DNA of 64,000 nucleotides, taken from positions 24,665 to 88,664 of the forward strand of contig CAZQNA010000007.1 of the NCBI GenBank assembly GCA_964594835.1. The letters run 5' to 3'. Both the position numbers and the translations under genes were made by a program. The notes beneath the pieces were generated by a model that ran no database searches, was not told the origin of the DNA, and saw only the letters and a list, made by a program, of their open reading frames with translations. This DNA is from an uncultured Nitrososphaerota archaeon. Lineage in GTDB: Archaea > Korarchaeota > Korarchaeia > Korarchaeales > Korarchaeaceae. Within the stretch, counting starts at the first letter, position 1, and every line of letters begins with the position of its first letter. This document shows, piece after piece, positions 9,478 through 18,441 of the stretch.

Positions 9478-9771
9478 GTGGGATCGGCCAGGGTAAGGAG
9501 GAGGTGCTCGGGCGGCAAGACCGTCGACGTCGAGGTGGCGGTGGAGGGGGGCAGGATCTCGCGGGTCGTCATCTCGGGGGACTTCTTCGCCTATCCGGAG
9601 GGGGCCCTGGAGTCCCTGGAGGCCTCGCTGAGGGGGATCGAGCCCTCGGTGGAGGAGATCCTCGGGGCGATCAGGGCGTCTGGCATCGAGTTCCTGGGGA
9701 CAAGCGCAGAGGAGGTCGCCGAGATGATATCCGAGGCGGCCGAGGCCGCAGGGCGGGGGGAGAACCGCTGA
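9478..9771 (+). CDS. lplB: Lipoate-protein ligase small C-terminal subunit
   Basis: ISGDFFAYPE..LE..L.G motif; directly follows lplA. Confidence 0.8.
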   Translation: MGSARVRRRCSGGKTVDVEVAVEGGRISRVVISGDFFAYPEGALESLEASLRGIEPSVEEILGAIRASGIEFLGTSAEEVAEMISEAAEAAGRGENR

Positions 9772-9808
9772 TGGAACTCCACGCGACTCCCGCGGGAGGG
9801 GGCGACCC

Positions 9809-11488
9809 ACGAGGTTCTCCGAACTCGTAGATGTCGCCGATAGGGTAGCCTCCACCTCCTCGAGGCTGGAGAAGGTCAGGCTCACCTCCGCGCTCCTCAG
9901 GGCCCTGGATCCAGGGGACGCGGTCAGGGCCGCGCTGATCCTCACCGGGAAGGTCTTCCCCGCGTGGGACGAGAGGTCCCTCGACGTCTCCTGGGCCACG
10001 ATATGGAGGGTCGTCGAGTCCCTCGTCTCCGCCGACCCGTCGGACGTGAGGAGGGTGGCCTCTCAGGGGGTGGACCTTGGGGACGCCGTCAGGAGGGTCT
10101 TCGAGGCCTTCCCGAGAAAGAGGCAGGCCACCCTCTTCGAGGAGGAGCTCACCCTGGAGGAGGTCTACTCGCAGCTGGAGGCCATCGCCTCGGCCGCCGG
10201 ACCCGGGTCCAGGGCCAGGAAGGAGGCCGTGCTCCGGTCCCTCCTCTCTCGGGCCTCCCCCAGGGAGGCCTGGCTCCTCGTGAACGCCCTGGTGGGGGAG
10301 ACCAGGCTCGGGCTGAGCGAGGGCCTACTGATAGACGCCGTGGCCGAGGCCTTCGGGTTGGCGAGACAGGAGGTCGAGAGGGGGGTCATGGTGACCGGGG
10401 ACCCGGCGGCGGTCATCGAGGCCGCGGCCGAGGGCGGTCCCCAGGCGGTCAGGGCCCTCAGGCCGGAGGTCTTCAGGCCCCTCAGGCCCATGCTGGCCCA
10501 GACGGCCGAGACCGTGGACGAGGCCCTGGCGGAGCTCGGGGGGAGGGCCGCCTTCGAGTACAAGCTGGACGGGGCCAGAGTTCAGATCCACGCCAGGGGA
10601 GGCAGGGTCAGGGTGTTCAGCAGGAGGCTCTCGGACGTGACCCACAGCATCCCGGACGTCGTCGAGGCGGTCCTGAGTGGGCTTAGGGTGGACGGCGTGA
10701 TACTGGAGGGGGAGGTCATAGCGGTGGGCGACTCTGGCCGGCCTCTTCCCTTCCAGGTCCTGATGAGGAGGTTCAGGAGGGTGAAAGTCACCCCCGAGCT
10801 GATCCAGTCGATACCGCTCAGGGTCTACCTGTTCGACGCCCTCATGGTCAAAGGGAGGCCCCTGATAGATGAGCCCTACGTCGAGCGGAGGCGAGCGCTG
10901 GAGGAAGCCGTGTCTGATCCCCTGCGCCTTATCCCCACCCTGGTGACCGAGGACCCCGGCGAGGCGGGTGAGTTCTTCGAGAGGGCCCTGTCCGAAGGTC
11001 ACGAGGGCCTCATGGCCAAGGGGCTCAGGTCTCCCTACACCCCCGGGGTCAGGGGGAGGCACTGGCTCAAGATCAAGCGGGCCAAGACGCTGGACCTAGT
11101 CATAGTGGCGGCGGAGAGGGGCTACGGCAGGAGGCACAGGTGGTTCAGCGACTACTACCTCGCGGCGAGGGACCCGGAGACCGGCGAGTTCCTAGTCGTT
11201 GGAAAGACGTTCAAGGGCCTGACGGACGAGGAGTTCGAGTGGATGACCAGGAGGCTCAGGGAGATAGCCGTCGAGGACAGGGGGAGCTTCATCAGGGTGA
11301 GGCCGGAGGTCGTGGTGGAGGTGGCCTTCAACGAGGTTCAGAGGAGCCCCAAGTACCCGTCGGGCCTCGCCCTTAGGTTCGCGCGGATAGTGAGGATCAG
11401 GGACGACAAGTCCCCTGAGGAGGCCGACACGATCGACAGGGTGAGGGAAATATACGTGTCTCAGTTCGGCGGCGGGGATCGAGCTTGA
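9809..11488 (+). CDS. lig: ATP-dependent DNA ligase (start codon unresolved)
   Basis: EYKLDG motif I, EGLMAK, WLKIK, LRFARIVRIRDDK; ligase-like N-terminus RFSELV..STSSRLEK in frame from 9812, upstream of first GTG at 10046. Confidence 0.92.
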   Translation, partial: TRFSELVDVADRVASTSSRLEKVRLTSALLRALDPGDAVRAALILTGKVFPAWDERSLDVSWATIWRVVESLVSADPSDVRRVASQGVDLGDAVRRVFEAFPRKRQATLFEEELTLEEVYSQLEAIASAAGPGSRARKEAVLRSLLSRASPREAWLLVNALVGETRLGLSEGLLIDAVAEAFGLARQEVERGVMVTGDPAAVIEAAAEGGPQAVRALRPEVFRPLRPMLAQTAETVDEALAELGGRAAFEYKLDGARVQIHARGGRVRVFSRRLSDVTHSIPDVVEAVLSGLRVDGVILEGEVIAVGDSGRPLPFQVLMRRFRRVKVTPELIQSIPLRVYLFDALMVKGRPLIDEPYVERRRALEEAVSDPLRLIPTLVTEDPGEAGEFFERALSEGHEGLMAKGLRSPYTPGVRGRHWLKIKRAKTLDLVIVAAERGYGRRHRWFSDYYLAARDPETGEFLVVGKTFKGLTDEEFEWMTRRLREIAVEDRGSFIRVRPEVVVEVAFNEVQRSPKYPSGLALRFARIVRIRDDKSPEEADTIDRVREIYVSQFGGGDRA

Positions 11489-12135
11489 GCCGACGTCTAG
11501 GACTGATCCTCCTGGCGACAGCGGTTCCGCTAGTTCTGGGAGCGGCGCCAGCCCTGGCCCAACCGAAGGTGGGCTCCCAAGCGCCCGATTTCACGCTGAT
11601 CTCACCCTACGGGTACAACCTGACGCTCTCGGGCCTCCTGTCAGAGGGCAAGCCCGTCCTGCTCGTGTTCTTCGCCCACTACTGCCCGCACTGCCGAGCA
11701 GAGATAACCCAGCTCTCTGGAGAGTGGCCCTACTGCCCCAACTCCGACAAGGCCACCGTCGTGCTGATCGGGGTGAGCGGAAACCAGGAGGCAGACAGGG
11801 CGATGTTCGAGGAGCACCGCGTGGACGGGTGGGAGTTCGCCGAGGCGACCCAGCAGGTGGCCATGGACTACAGGCTCATGTACGTCCCGACGATCGTCCT
11901 GGTGGGGCCCGACGGCCTGGTCAAGTTCGCCAAGGTCGGCGAGACGCAGCCTAACCAGCTGTGCGAGCTGGTCGGCAGGTACTACGTCGGCCCTCCCTCC
12001 GGCGGGGGAGGCGCGCCCGCGTGGATAATCGCCCTCGCGGCCTTGGCGGCAATGGCCGCCGTTGCGGTCATCTTCAAGCTCAGGAAGGGAGGCTCGGGGG
12101 CCGGTAAGAAATCTAAACGTTCCAAACGGAAATAA
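11485..12135 (+). CDS. Membrane-anchored TlpA/ResA-like thiol-disulfide oxidoreductase
   Basis: Signal peptide, APDFTL, FFAHYCPHC, VPT, C-terminal TM and basic tail. Confidence 0.8.
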   Translation: MSRRLGLILLATAVPLVLGAAPALAQPKVGSQAPDFTLISPYGYNLTLSGLLSEGKPVLLVFFAHYCPHCRAEITQLSGEWPYCPNSDKATVVLIGVSGNQEADRAMFEEHRVDGWEFAEATQQVAMDYRLMYVPTIVLVGPDGLVKFAKVGETQPNQLCELVGRYYVGPPSGGGGAPAWIIALAALAAMAAVAVIFKLRKGGSGAGKKSKRSKRK

Positions 12136-12167
12136 GGAAGCCCCCTGCGGCTCGGCCGGTGCTGCTG

Positions 12168-13547
12168 ATGGCCGAGCTGGCCGTCCTCGGGGACTACGTG
12201 GTCACGGTCGACCCCGAGAGGAGGATCTACAGGAACGGGGCCGTCGTCGTTGAGGGGGATAGGATCGCCTTCGTGGGTAAGGCGGAGGAGGCGAGGCAGA
12301 GGTTCGGCCCCTTCGAGAGGGAGCTGGGCGGGCCGGGCAGGCTGGTGTTCCCCGGCCTGGTCAACGCGCACGACCACATGTTCCAGGTCCTGATAAGGAC
12401 ACTGGCCGTCGACAGGCCCCTGTTGGAGTGGCTCAGGAGCTCCGTCTGGCCCATGCTCGCCGAGATGACGGCCGACGATGTGAGGGTGTCTTCGAAGCTG
12501 GGGATAATCGAGAACCTGAAGTCGGGCGCCACCACGATCATAGACAACCACTACGGCGGGAGGTTCTACGACGAGGTCCTGGACACCATGATCGAGTCCG
12601 GGATCAGGGGGTGCGTGCCCAGGGGCGGGTACGAGATCAACGCCCACGAGCCCTTGCTGGAGGACGTGGACACGATCATCTCGGACGCGGAGAGGCTGAT
12701 CAAGAAGTACCACGGGGCTGAGAACGGCCGGATAATGGTCGGGATAGCGCCAATGCACCCCTGCTTCGCCTCAGACGAGTTCCTGCTCAGGGCGAAGGAC
12801 CTCTCGGATAGGTACGGCGTGCCCCTCCACGTCCACACGGGCGAGTCGATGGGGGACCAGGAACTCCAGAAGAAGGTCCACGGCAAGACCGACGTTACCT
12901 ACCTGAGGGACCTGGGCGTCCTCGGGCCGAGATACCACGCGGTCCACTCGATCTGGGTGTCAGACGAGGAGATCAAGATGCTGGCAGAGTCTGGGGCCCA
13001 CGTGATCCACAACCCGGTGAGCAACATGTACATAGCGTCTGGCATCGCCAAGATCCCCGAGATGATGTGGGCTGGCGTGAACGTGGCCCTTGGAACGGAC
13101 GGACCGGCCAGCAACGACAACCATGACCTGATCACGTCGATGAAGTTCGCGGCCCTCCTGAACAAGGTGGCGAAGCTGGACGCTTCTGTGGTGACCGCCT
13201 GGGACGTCCTGGAGATGGCAACGATAAACGGGGCCAGGGCCCTCGGCCTGGGGCGCGAGATAGGCTCGCTCGAGGTGGGCAAGAGGGCCGACGTCATGGT
13301 CCTCAACGCCAAGAGGCCCTGGATCTGGCCCGTTCACGATCCCGTCGGGTCGCTCGTGTACTCCGCAACCATAGGGGACGTGGAGGACGTGGTGGTCGAC
13401 GGGAGGGTGCTGATGGAGGACGGGAGGGTGCTGGCCTTCGACGAGGGGCGCGTCATGGAGGAGGCGGAGAGGGTGGCCGAGAGGCTGAGGGAGACCTTCA
13501 AGGCCAAGTACGGGGCCAGGTTCGAGTATGAGGACCTGCTGGCCTGA
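12168..13547 (+). CDS. Amidohydrolase, MTA/SAH deaminase (TRZ/ATZ) family
   Basis: PGLVNAHDH, HVHTGE, HNPVSNM, LGTDG, GSLEVGKRAD. Confidence 0.85.
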   Translation: MAELAVLGDYVVTVDPERRIYRNGAVVVEGDRIAFVGKAEEARQRFGPFERELGGPGRLVFPGLVNAHDHMFQVLIRTLAVDRPLLEWLRSSVWPMLAEMTADDVRVSSKLGIIENLKSGATTIIDNHYGGRFYDEVLDTMIESGIRGCVPRGGYEINAHEPLLEDVDTIISDAERLIKKYHGAENGRIMVGIAPMHPCFASDEFLLRAKDLSDRYGVPLHVHTGESMGDQELQKKVHGKTDVTYLRDLGVLGPRYHAVHSIWVSDEEIKMLAESGAHVIHNPVSNMYIASGIAKIPEMMWAGVNVALGTDGPASNDNHDLITSMKFAALLNKVAKLDASVVTAWDVLEMATINGARALGLGREIGSLEVGKRADVMVLNAKRPWIWPVHDPVGSLVYSATIGDVEDVVVDGRVLMEDGRVLAFDEGRVMEEAERVAERLRETFKAKYGARFEYEDLLA

Positions 13548-13552
13548 TCCGC

Positions 13553-15085
13553 TCACAGGGGATCCTTCAGCCCCCTGGTCCACTCCCAACCCAGGTAGAG
13601 CACGAACATCGACTCTATTAGTGAGATGGCAGCCGAGAGCAGGTCTCCACCGACGCCGCCGAAGAGCAGGACCGGTACGACGCCCAGACCCGCGGCGAAG
13701 CCGAACAGGACGAACTCCGCCAGGGTCAGGAGCCCCAGCGTCCCCCTGGAGAAAGTCTCCTGGGTCCAGGCGGAGGGCTCCCTCGGAAGCCTCCGGGCCA
13801 GGATGGCCGAGTTGATCATGGCAGACCCCAGGAGGGTGAGGGCGTAGGTGACCGTCGACGCCAGGCCCAGGAGCGGGCCAGCCGAGATGGCCCCAGCCGC
13901 CCCAACGGCGACCACTATCAGGGAGACCGTCACGGCCAGCGTCGCGGCCTTCTGCCTCGCCACGTCCCCCCTGCTCAGAGGGAGCAGGTACAGCAGCCTT
14001 GCCCCCTCCGCGTCGAGGGCGTAGAGGTAGAAGACCCCAGCCCCTCCAACGCCTCCGAAGAACAGGCCTATGGCCGGGAGGAAGCGGCCTATCAGGCCCC
14101 CGGCTGTGGCCTCGGTGAGCAGGGGGGCCAGTACCAGGGCTGGCCCGATCACGGCGTAGTACACGGTAGAGGCCAACATCCTGGGGTTCATCCCAAGCAG
14201 CTTCAGGTCCTTCCTGAGGAACTGGAGCCTCCCCGCCGTTATCCTCCACCCCCTGGCGGGGGCGCCGGTCGGTAGGACGAACGCTCCCGAAGAGGCCGCC
14301 CTCCAGAGCCTCCCCGCGCCAAGCCTCATGACCGCCGCCCCCAGGAGAGCGGAGGCGAGGGAGGAGACCGCGGCCTTTCCTACGCCCAGGGCGGCCGCGG
14401 GGAAGGAGAACGGGGGTATCAGGAGCAGCCAACCTGGCACTCCGACCTCCTCGGAGAATCCGACCGCCTCCTGCGGGAGGAGCTGGAAGAGGAGCCCGAA
14501 TCCAAAGAACAGGAGCCAAGCCAGCGTCTGAAGAGCCCTAGACACCCTGCTCCTGGTGTACCTCGGGCCCAGGGATCCCAGCAGGTAGCCGACCCCGAAG
14601 GCCAGGAGCAGGAGGGACCCGGCCTCAAGGGAGGCCCATGCTGCGAGCGGCCAGAGGCCCCTCTTGGCCGCCACGAGCGCTGCCCCGGGCAAGACCGCGA
14701 ACAGCATGGAGAGACCTCCCCAGTAGATCCCCACCCCAAGGAGGGCGGTCCTCACGTCCGAGTCAGTGACGGGGAGGGTCGAGAGCGGCTCCAGCAGGCC
14801 CTCCGAAAGGATCACGTGCACCGTGCTGGCGGTCGCGAAGGCCCCCACGAGCAGCTCGACGAGCCCGAGGACGCCTATCATCGGGACTATGAGCCTCCCG
14901 TCGAACACGGCGCCGACAGAGAAGAACAGGGACATGCCCGTGAACAGTAGGGCCCCCAGCAGGTTTGATCTGACCAGCCCGCCCCCCACGAGGCTCATCA
15001 GCCGGGTCCTCCTGACCCCCCGCCTCCTAGCCCTGTAGGACGCCTCCTTGGCGAGGATGCGAGAGATCTCCATCCACCCTGCCAT
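13553..15085 (-). CDS. ABC exporter permease (multi-TM), copy 1
   Basis: About 12-14 TM, internal KDLKLL motif, abuts ABC ATPase. Confidence 0.75.
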   Translation of the reverse strand: MAGWMEISRILAKEASYRARRRGVRRTRLMSLVGGGLVRSNLLGALLFTGMSLFFSVGAVFDGRLIVPMIGVLGLVELLVGAFATASTVHVILSEGLLEPLSTLPVTDSDVRTALLGVGIYWGGLSMLFAVLPGAALVAAKRGLWPLAAWASLEAGSLLLLAFGVGYLLGSLGPRYTRSRVSRALQTLAWLLFFGFGLLFQLLPQEAVGFSEEVGVPGWLLLIPPFSFPAAALGVGKAAVSSLASALLGAAVMRLGAGRLWRAASSGAFVLPTGAPARGWRITAGRLQFLRKDLKLLGMNPRMLASTVYYAVIGPALVLAPLLTEATAGGLIGRFLPAIGLFFGGVGGAGVFYLYALDAEGARLLYLLPLSRGDVARQKAATLAVTVSLIVVAVGAAGAISAGPLLGLASTVTYALTLLGSAMINSAILARRLPREPSAWTQETFSRGTLGLLTLAEFVLFGFAAGLGVVPVLLFGGVGGDLLSAAISLIESMFVLYLGWEWTRGLKDPL

Positions 15086-15844
15086 CTACGATCCCCACAG
15101 AGTCTCGAGAAGTTTTCTAACCTCGTCCGACAGCCCCGTGGCCTTCAGGAACGCGGTCTCTAGGTCGGCGGCCGCGAGCCTCTCCTTCAGATCCTCGGGT
15201 GAGCCGAAGCCCACCACGCTCCCCCTGTGCAGTATGGTGATCCTCTCGGCCACTACCTCCGCCAGCTCTAGGATGTGGGTAGAGAAGAGGACCGTCCTGC
15301 CCTCGCTGGCGTACTTCCGGAGGAGCTCCTTCAGGATCTTCCCGGCCTCGGGGTCGAGGCCGGAGAACGGCTCGTCCAGCACGACGACCTGCGGGTCGTG
15401 GATCAGCGCGAGGGCGATGGAGACCTTCCTCCTGTTCCCGTGGCTCAGCTCGCCCACGATCTTGCCCATGTGCTCCTCTAGCCCGAAGAGACGAGTCAGG
15501 GCCTCCACCCGGCGCCTCAGAACGTCCTCCGATATGCCGTGCACGGCGCCGACGAAGGAGAACAGCTCGGCGGGGGTCAGGCTCTCGTAGAGCACGATCT
15601 CCTCCGGCGCGTACCCAACGACCCTCCTGGCGGCCACCGGGTCGGAGGACGGGTCTATCCCATCCACCCTGACCTGGCCGGAGTCGGGCCTCACGAGGCC
15701 TATGGCCATCTTCATGAGCGTGCTCTTCCCCGATCCGTTGGGGCCGAGGAGCGCGTTGATGACCCCGGGGCGGAACTCCACCGTCACCCCATCCAGGGCC
15801 CTCACATCACCGTACGACTTCGTCACATCGAGGTAGGAGAGCAT
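15086..15844 (-). CDS. ABC transporter ATP-binding protein, copy 1
   Basis: GPNGSGKS, LSHGN, LDEPFSGLD, STH. Confidence 0.92.
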   Translation of the reverse strand: MLSYLDVTKSYGDVRALDGVTVEFRPGVINALLGPNGSGKSTLMKMAIGLVRPDSGQVRVDGIDPSSDPVAARRVVGYAPEEIVLYESLTPAELFSFVGAVHGISEDVLRRRVEALTRLFGLEEHMGKIVGELSHGNRRKVSIALALIHDPQVVVLDEPFSGLDPEAGKILKELLRKYASEGRTVLFSTHILELAEVVAERITILHRGSVVGFGSPEDLKERLAAADLETAFLKATGLSDEVRKLLETLWGS

Positions 15845-16068
15845 CTCCCGCGTAAAGGGGCCCGGCACTGGCGTTATAAGATTTAGCGGGATAGTCCGTC
15901 ATCATCTTTCGGAGAGCCGCCGACCTACCCAAGATGGTCGCGCCCTCCTGGGAGGCCGCCAGGCCGCGGGCCTGATGGACGACCTGGTTCCCAGAGTGAG
16001 GGAGGAAAAGCCCAGGAAGACGGGCCTGACCCTCATGACCTTGGGGCTCGGAGGGATAAGTCAGAGCC

Positions 16069-17586
16069 TCAGGTCCCTGGCCGCGGCTCGCTGAGGACCT
16101 CCCTGGCCACTGTCGCTGGCAGGGCGGCCAGGATACAGCAGGCTGCCCACCCGAGCCATCCCGCCCCCAGCCTCGCGGAAGCCTCCAGCGCCAGGCCCCC
16201 AACCCACGCCAGCCCGGCGTAGAGCGCCGCCGCCCCTAGCATCATCAGGGTCTCCTTGCCCCCCACGGAGTGCAGGGACCACGACCTCAGCTCGCCCCCG
16301 CGGTCGCGGGCACCGACGATCAGCCTGGACGCGATGAGAGACGAGGAGGACGCAACCGCCAGCAGGTAGGTTACGCCCGACGCGACGCCCGCCAACGGCG
16401 AGCCCAGCCTGGCCCCCAGGGCGGCTATCCCGGCGGCCGAGGGGGCGCATAGCAGGCAGGACAGGGCCGACTTGAAGAGGGTCACCTCCGAGGCGCCGAC
16501 GGGGAGTGTGGCGAGGAACCCGGCGCCGCTTCCCTCCAGCACCAGCAGGTACACGGCCACCCACCCCGTCAGGCCGCCGAGGAGCAGGGACGCCGGGGGG
16601 AGCCTGACTGCGACCTCTCTCCCTGGCGAGAGGATGGCGGCGGCCCCCAGCAGGGCCGGCCCGACAGCCGCGTAGTATGCGACCGACGCGAGGAGCTTCG
16701 GATCCCTCAGGAGGAGCTTCATGTCCTTCACGAGGGGGTAGGGCAGCGGGAGGGGCCTCGACCCGCCCCCCCGGTCCCTGAAGAACTCCGGGACGGGGGT
16801 CCACTCCTCTGACAGGGCGGACCAGAGGTGGCCGACTCCGTACCACGCTGCCAGGGCTGAGAGAATGGAGAAAGAGGCGGACGTCGCGTTCGCCCACCGG
16901 AAGCCCACTGAGGCGGCCGGATAGCTGAAGGGAGGGAGGACCATCACGTGAGGTGGACATCCGGCGCCCCTGCTCAGCCACCCCCTGACCAGGGCCAGGT
17001 TGAACGTCGCCCCGAGCCCAAAAAGGGCGGTCCAAGCGATCAGAGAGGCCAGCCTGCTCCCTCGCGCCTCTCTGGCCCTCGGGTAGAGGGCCGCCGCCGA
17101 GAATCCGCCTCCGATGGAGAGCAGGGCGGTCGATAGGGATTCAAGGATCCCCCACGCCACCAGGCCGGAGCTTCCAAGCCTCACCCCGAGGATGAGGGCC
17201 GCGGGCAGGACCGCCAGGGGGAGGACGGCGCCCCCCCAGTACACAGCGGCCCCCAGGACGGCCAGCCTGATCGTGCGCTCCTCCACCGGCAGCCGAGCGA
17301 GCGGATCGAGCAGACCGAGCTCTGTTATGGAGTGGACGGTGCTGGCCGTGAAGAAGGCCCCGACGAATATCTCCAGGAGGCCCAGGAGTCCGAGCGAGAG
17401 CGAGGCCGGGCAGCTGGAGGGCGAGGTGGAGATCCCAACCAGCGCGGAGTAGGCGACCAGCAGGCTGGCCCACACGGCGTTGAAGCGCACGAGCGATGAC
17501 CTTCGCCCTCCCCCGGCCCCCGACCTGTAGGCCGCCTCCCTCGCGAGCAGCGCCGCCAGCCTCCTGGCCCCGTACTCTGAGCTCAA
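16069..17586 (-). CDS. ABC exporter permease, copy 2
   Basis: Paralog of 13553-15085 (EAAYR/EASYR, GLLDPL/GLLEPL, YWGG, PPFS.PAA, KD.KLL). Confidence 0.72.
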   Translation of the reverse strand: MSSEYGARRLAALLAREAAYRSGAGGGRRSSLVRFNAVWASLLVAYSALVGISTSPSSCPASLSLGLLGLLEIFVGAFFTASTVHSITELGLLDPLARLPVEERTIRLAVLGAAVYWGGAVLPLAVLPAALILGVRLGSSGLVAWGILESLSTALLSIGGGFSAAALYPRAREARGSRLASLIAWTALFGLGATFNLALVRGWLSRGAGCPPHVMVLPPFSYPAASVGFRWANATSASFSILSALAAWYGVGHLWSALSEEWTPVPEFFRDRGGGSRPLPLPYPLVKDMKLLLRDPKLLASVAYYAAVGPALLGAAAILSPGREVAVRLPPASLLLGGLTGWVAVYLLVLEGSGAGFLATLPVGASEVTLFKSALSCLLCAPSAAGIAALGARLGSPLAGVASGVTYLLAVASSSSLIASRLIVGARDRGGELRSWSLHSVGGKETLMMLGAAALYAGLAWVGGLALEASARLGAGWLGWAACCILAALPATVAREVLSEPRPGT

Positions 17587-17592
17587 CTCGGC

Positions 17593-18351
17593 TCAGCCCC
17601 CGCTCCCCAGCGCCCTGAGGACCGATCGAACCCTATCGTCAATCCCCGTCTCTCTCAGAAAGACCTCCTCCAGGCTTGAGGCCGAGATGGCCTCCCTGAG
17701 TTCCTCGGGCCTCCCCCTGGCCACCACCCTGCCGACGTGCAGTATCGTGACCACGTCGGCCAGGGCCTCCGCGATCGGCATCACGTGGGTCGTGAACACC
17801 ACGGTCTTCCCCCTGGCCGCCTCCTCCCTGAGAACCTCCCTCAGGACGACGGCCCCCTCCGGGTCGAGGCCCGAGAAGGGCTCGTCCAGGACGAGGACCG
17901 GGGGGTCGTGGGCCAGGGCGCACGCCAGGAGGAGCCTCCTCCTGGCCCCCAGGCTGAGCTCCCCAACGAGCCTGTCCCCCTCCCCCTCAAGTCCGAACAA
18001 TCTGAGGAGCCCCTTCAGCCTGTCTTGGGAGTCCCCTCCGAGTCTGTGAGCCCAGCGGACCAGCTCCACGGTCTCCCAGGGGGTCAGGCTCTCGTATAGC
18101 ACGATCTCCTCCGGCGCGTACCCCACGACCCTCCTGGCCTCCTCAGGCCTCTCGGCTGGGTTCACCCCCGCGACGGTGACCGTCCCGGAGTCCGGCCTCG
18201 TGAGCCCGACCGCCATCTTCAGCAGGGTGCTCTTCCCCGACCCGTTGGGGCCCAGGAGGGCGTGGACCACCCCGGGCTCGAAGTCGACGGTGACCCCGTT
18301 TATCACGGACAGGTAGCCGTAAGCCTTGTAGACCCGCCTGTACCTGAGCAC
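17593..18351 (-). CDS. ABC transporter ATP-binding protein, copy 2
   Basis: GPNGSGKS, LDEPFSGLD; GTG at 18351 chosen by alignment with copy 1. Confidence 0.9.
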   Translation of the reverse strand: MLRYRRVYKAYGYLSVINGVTVDFEPGVVHALLGPNGSGKSTLLKMAVGLTRPDSGTVTVAGVNPAERPEEARRVVGYAPEEIVLYESLTPWETVELVRWAHRLGGDSQDRLKGLLRLFGLEGEGDRLVGELSLGARRRLLLACALAHDPPVLVLDEPFSGLDPEGAVVLREVLREEAARGKTVVFTTHVMPIAEALADVVTILHVGRVVARGRPEELREAISASSLEEVFLRETGIDDRVRSVLRALGSGG

Positions 18352-18441
18352 CCTCGTGGTCTCCGGGCCGTCCCCCCTTATGAGGACTTCGCTCCGGCGG
18401 CGCAGGTTAAAATTTGGGACCCACGGAGCCGCGAGGTCCAG

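Noticed and set aside
15900-16060. GGAGGAAAAGCCC resembling the RNase P RNA 5' motif
   Set aside because: Imperfect match, gap too short, no matching 3' P4 strand seen
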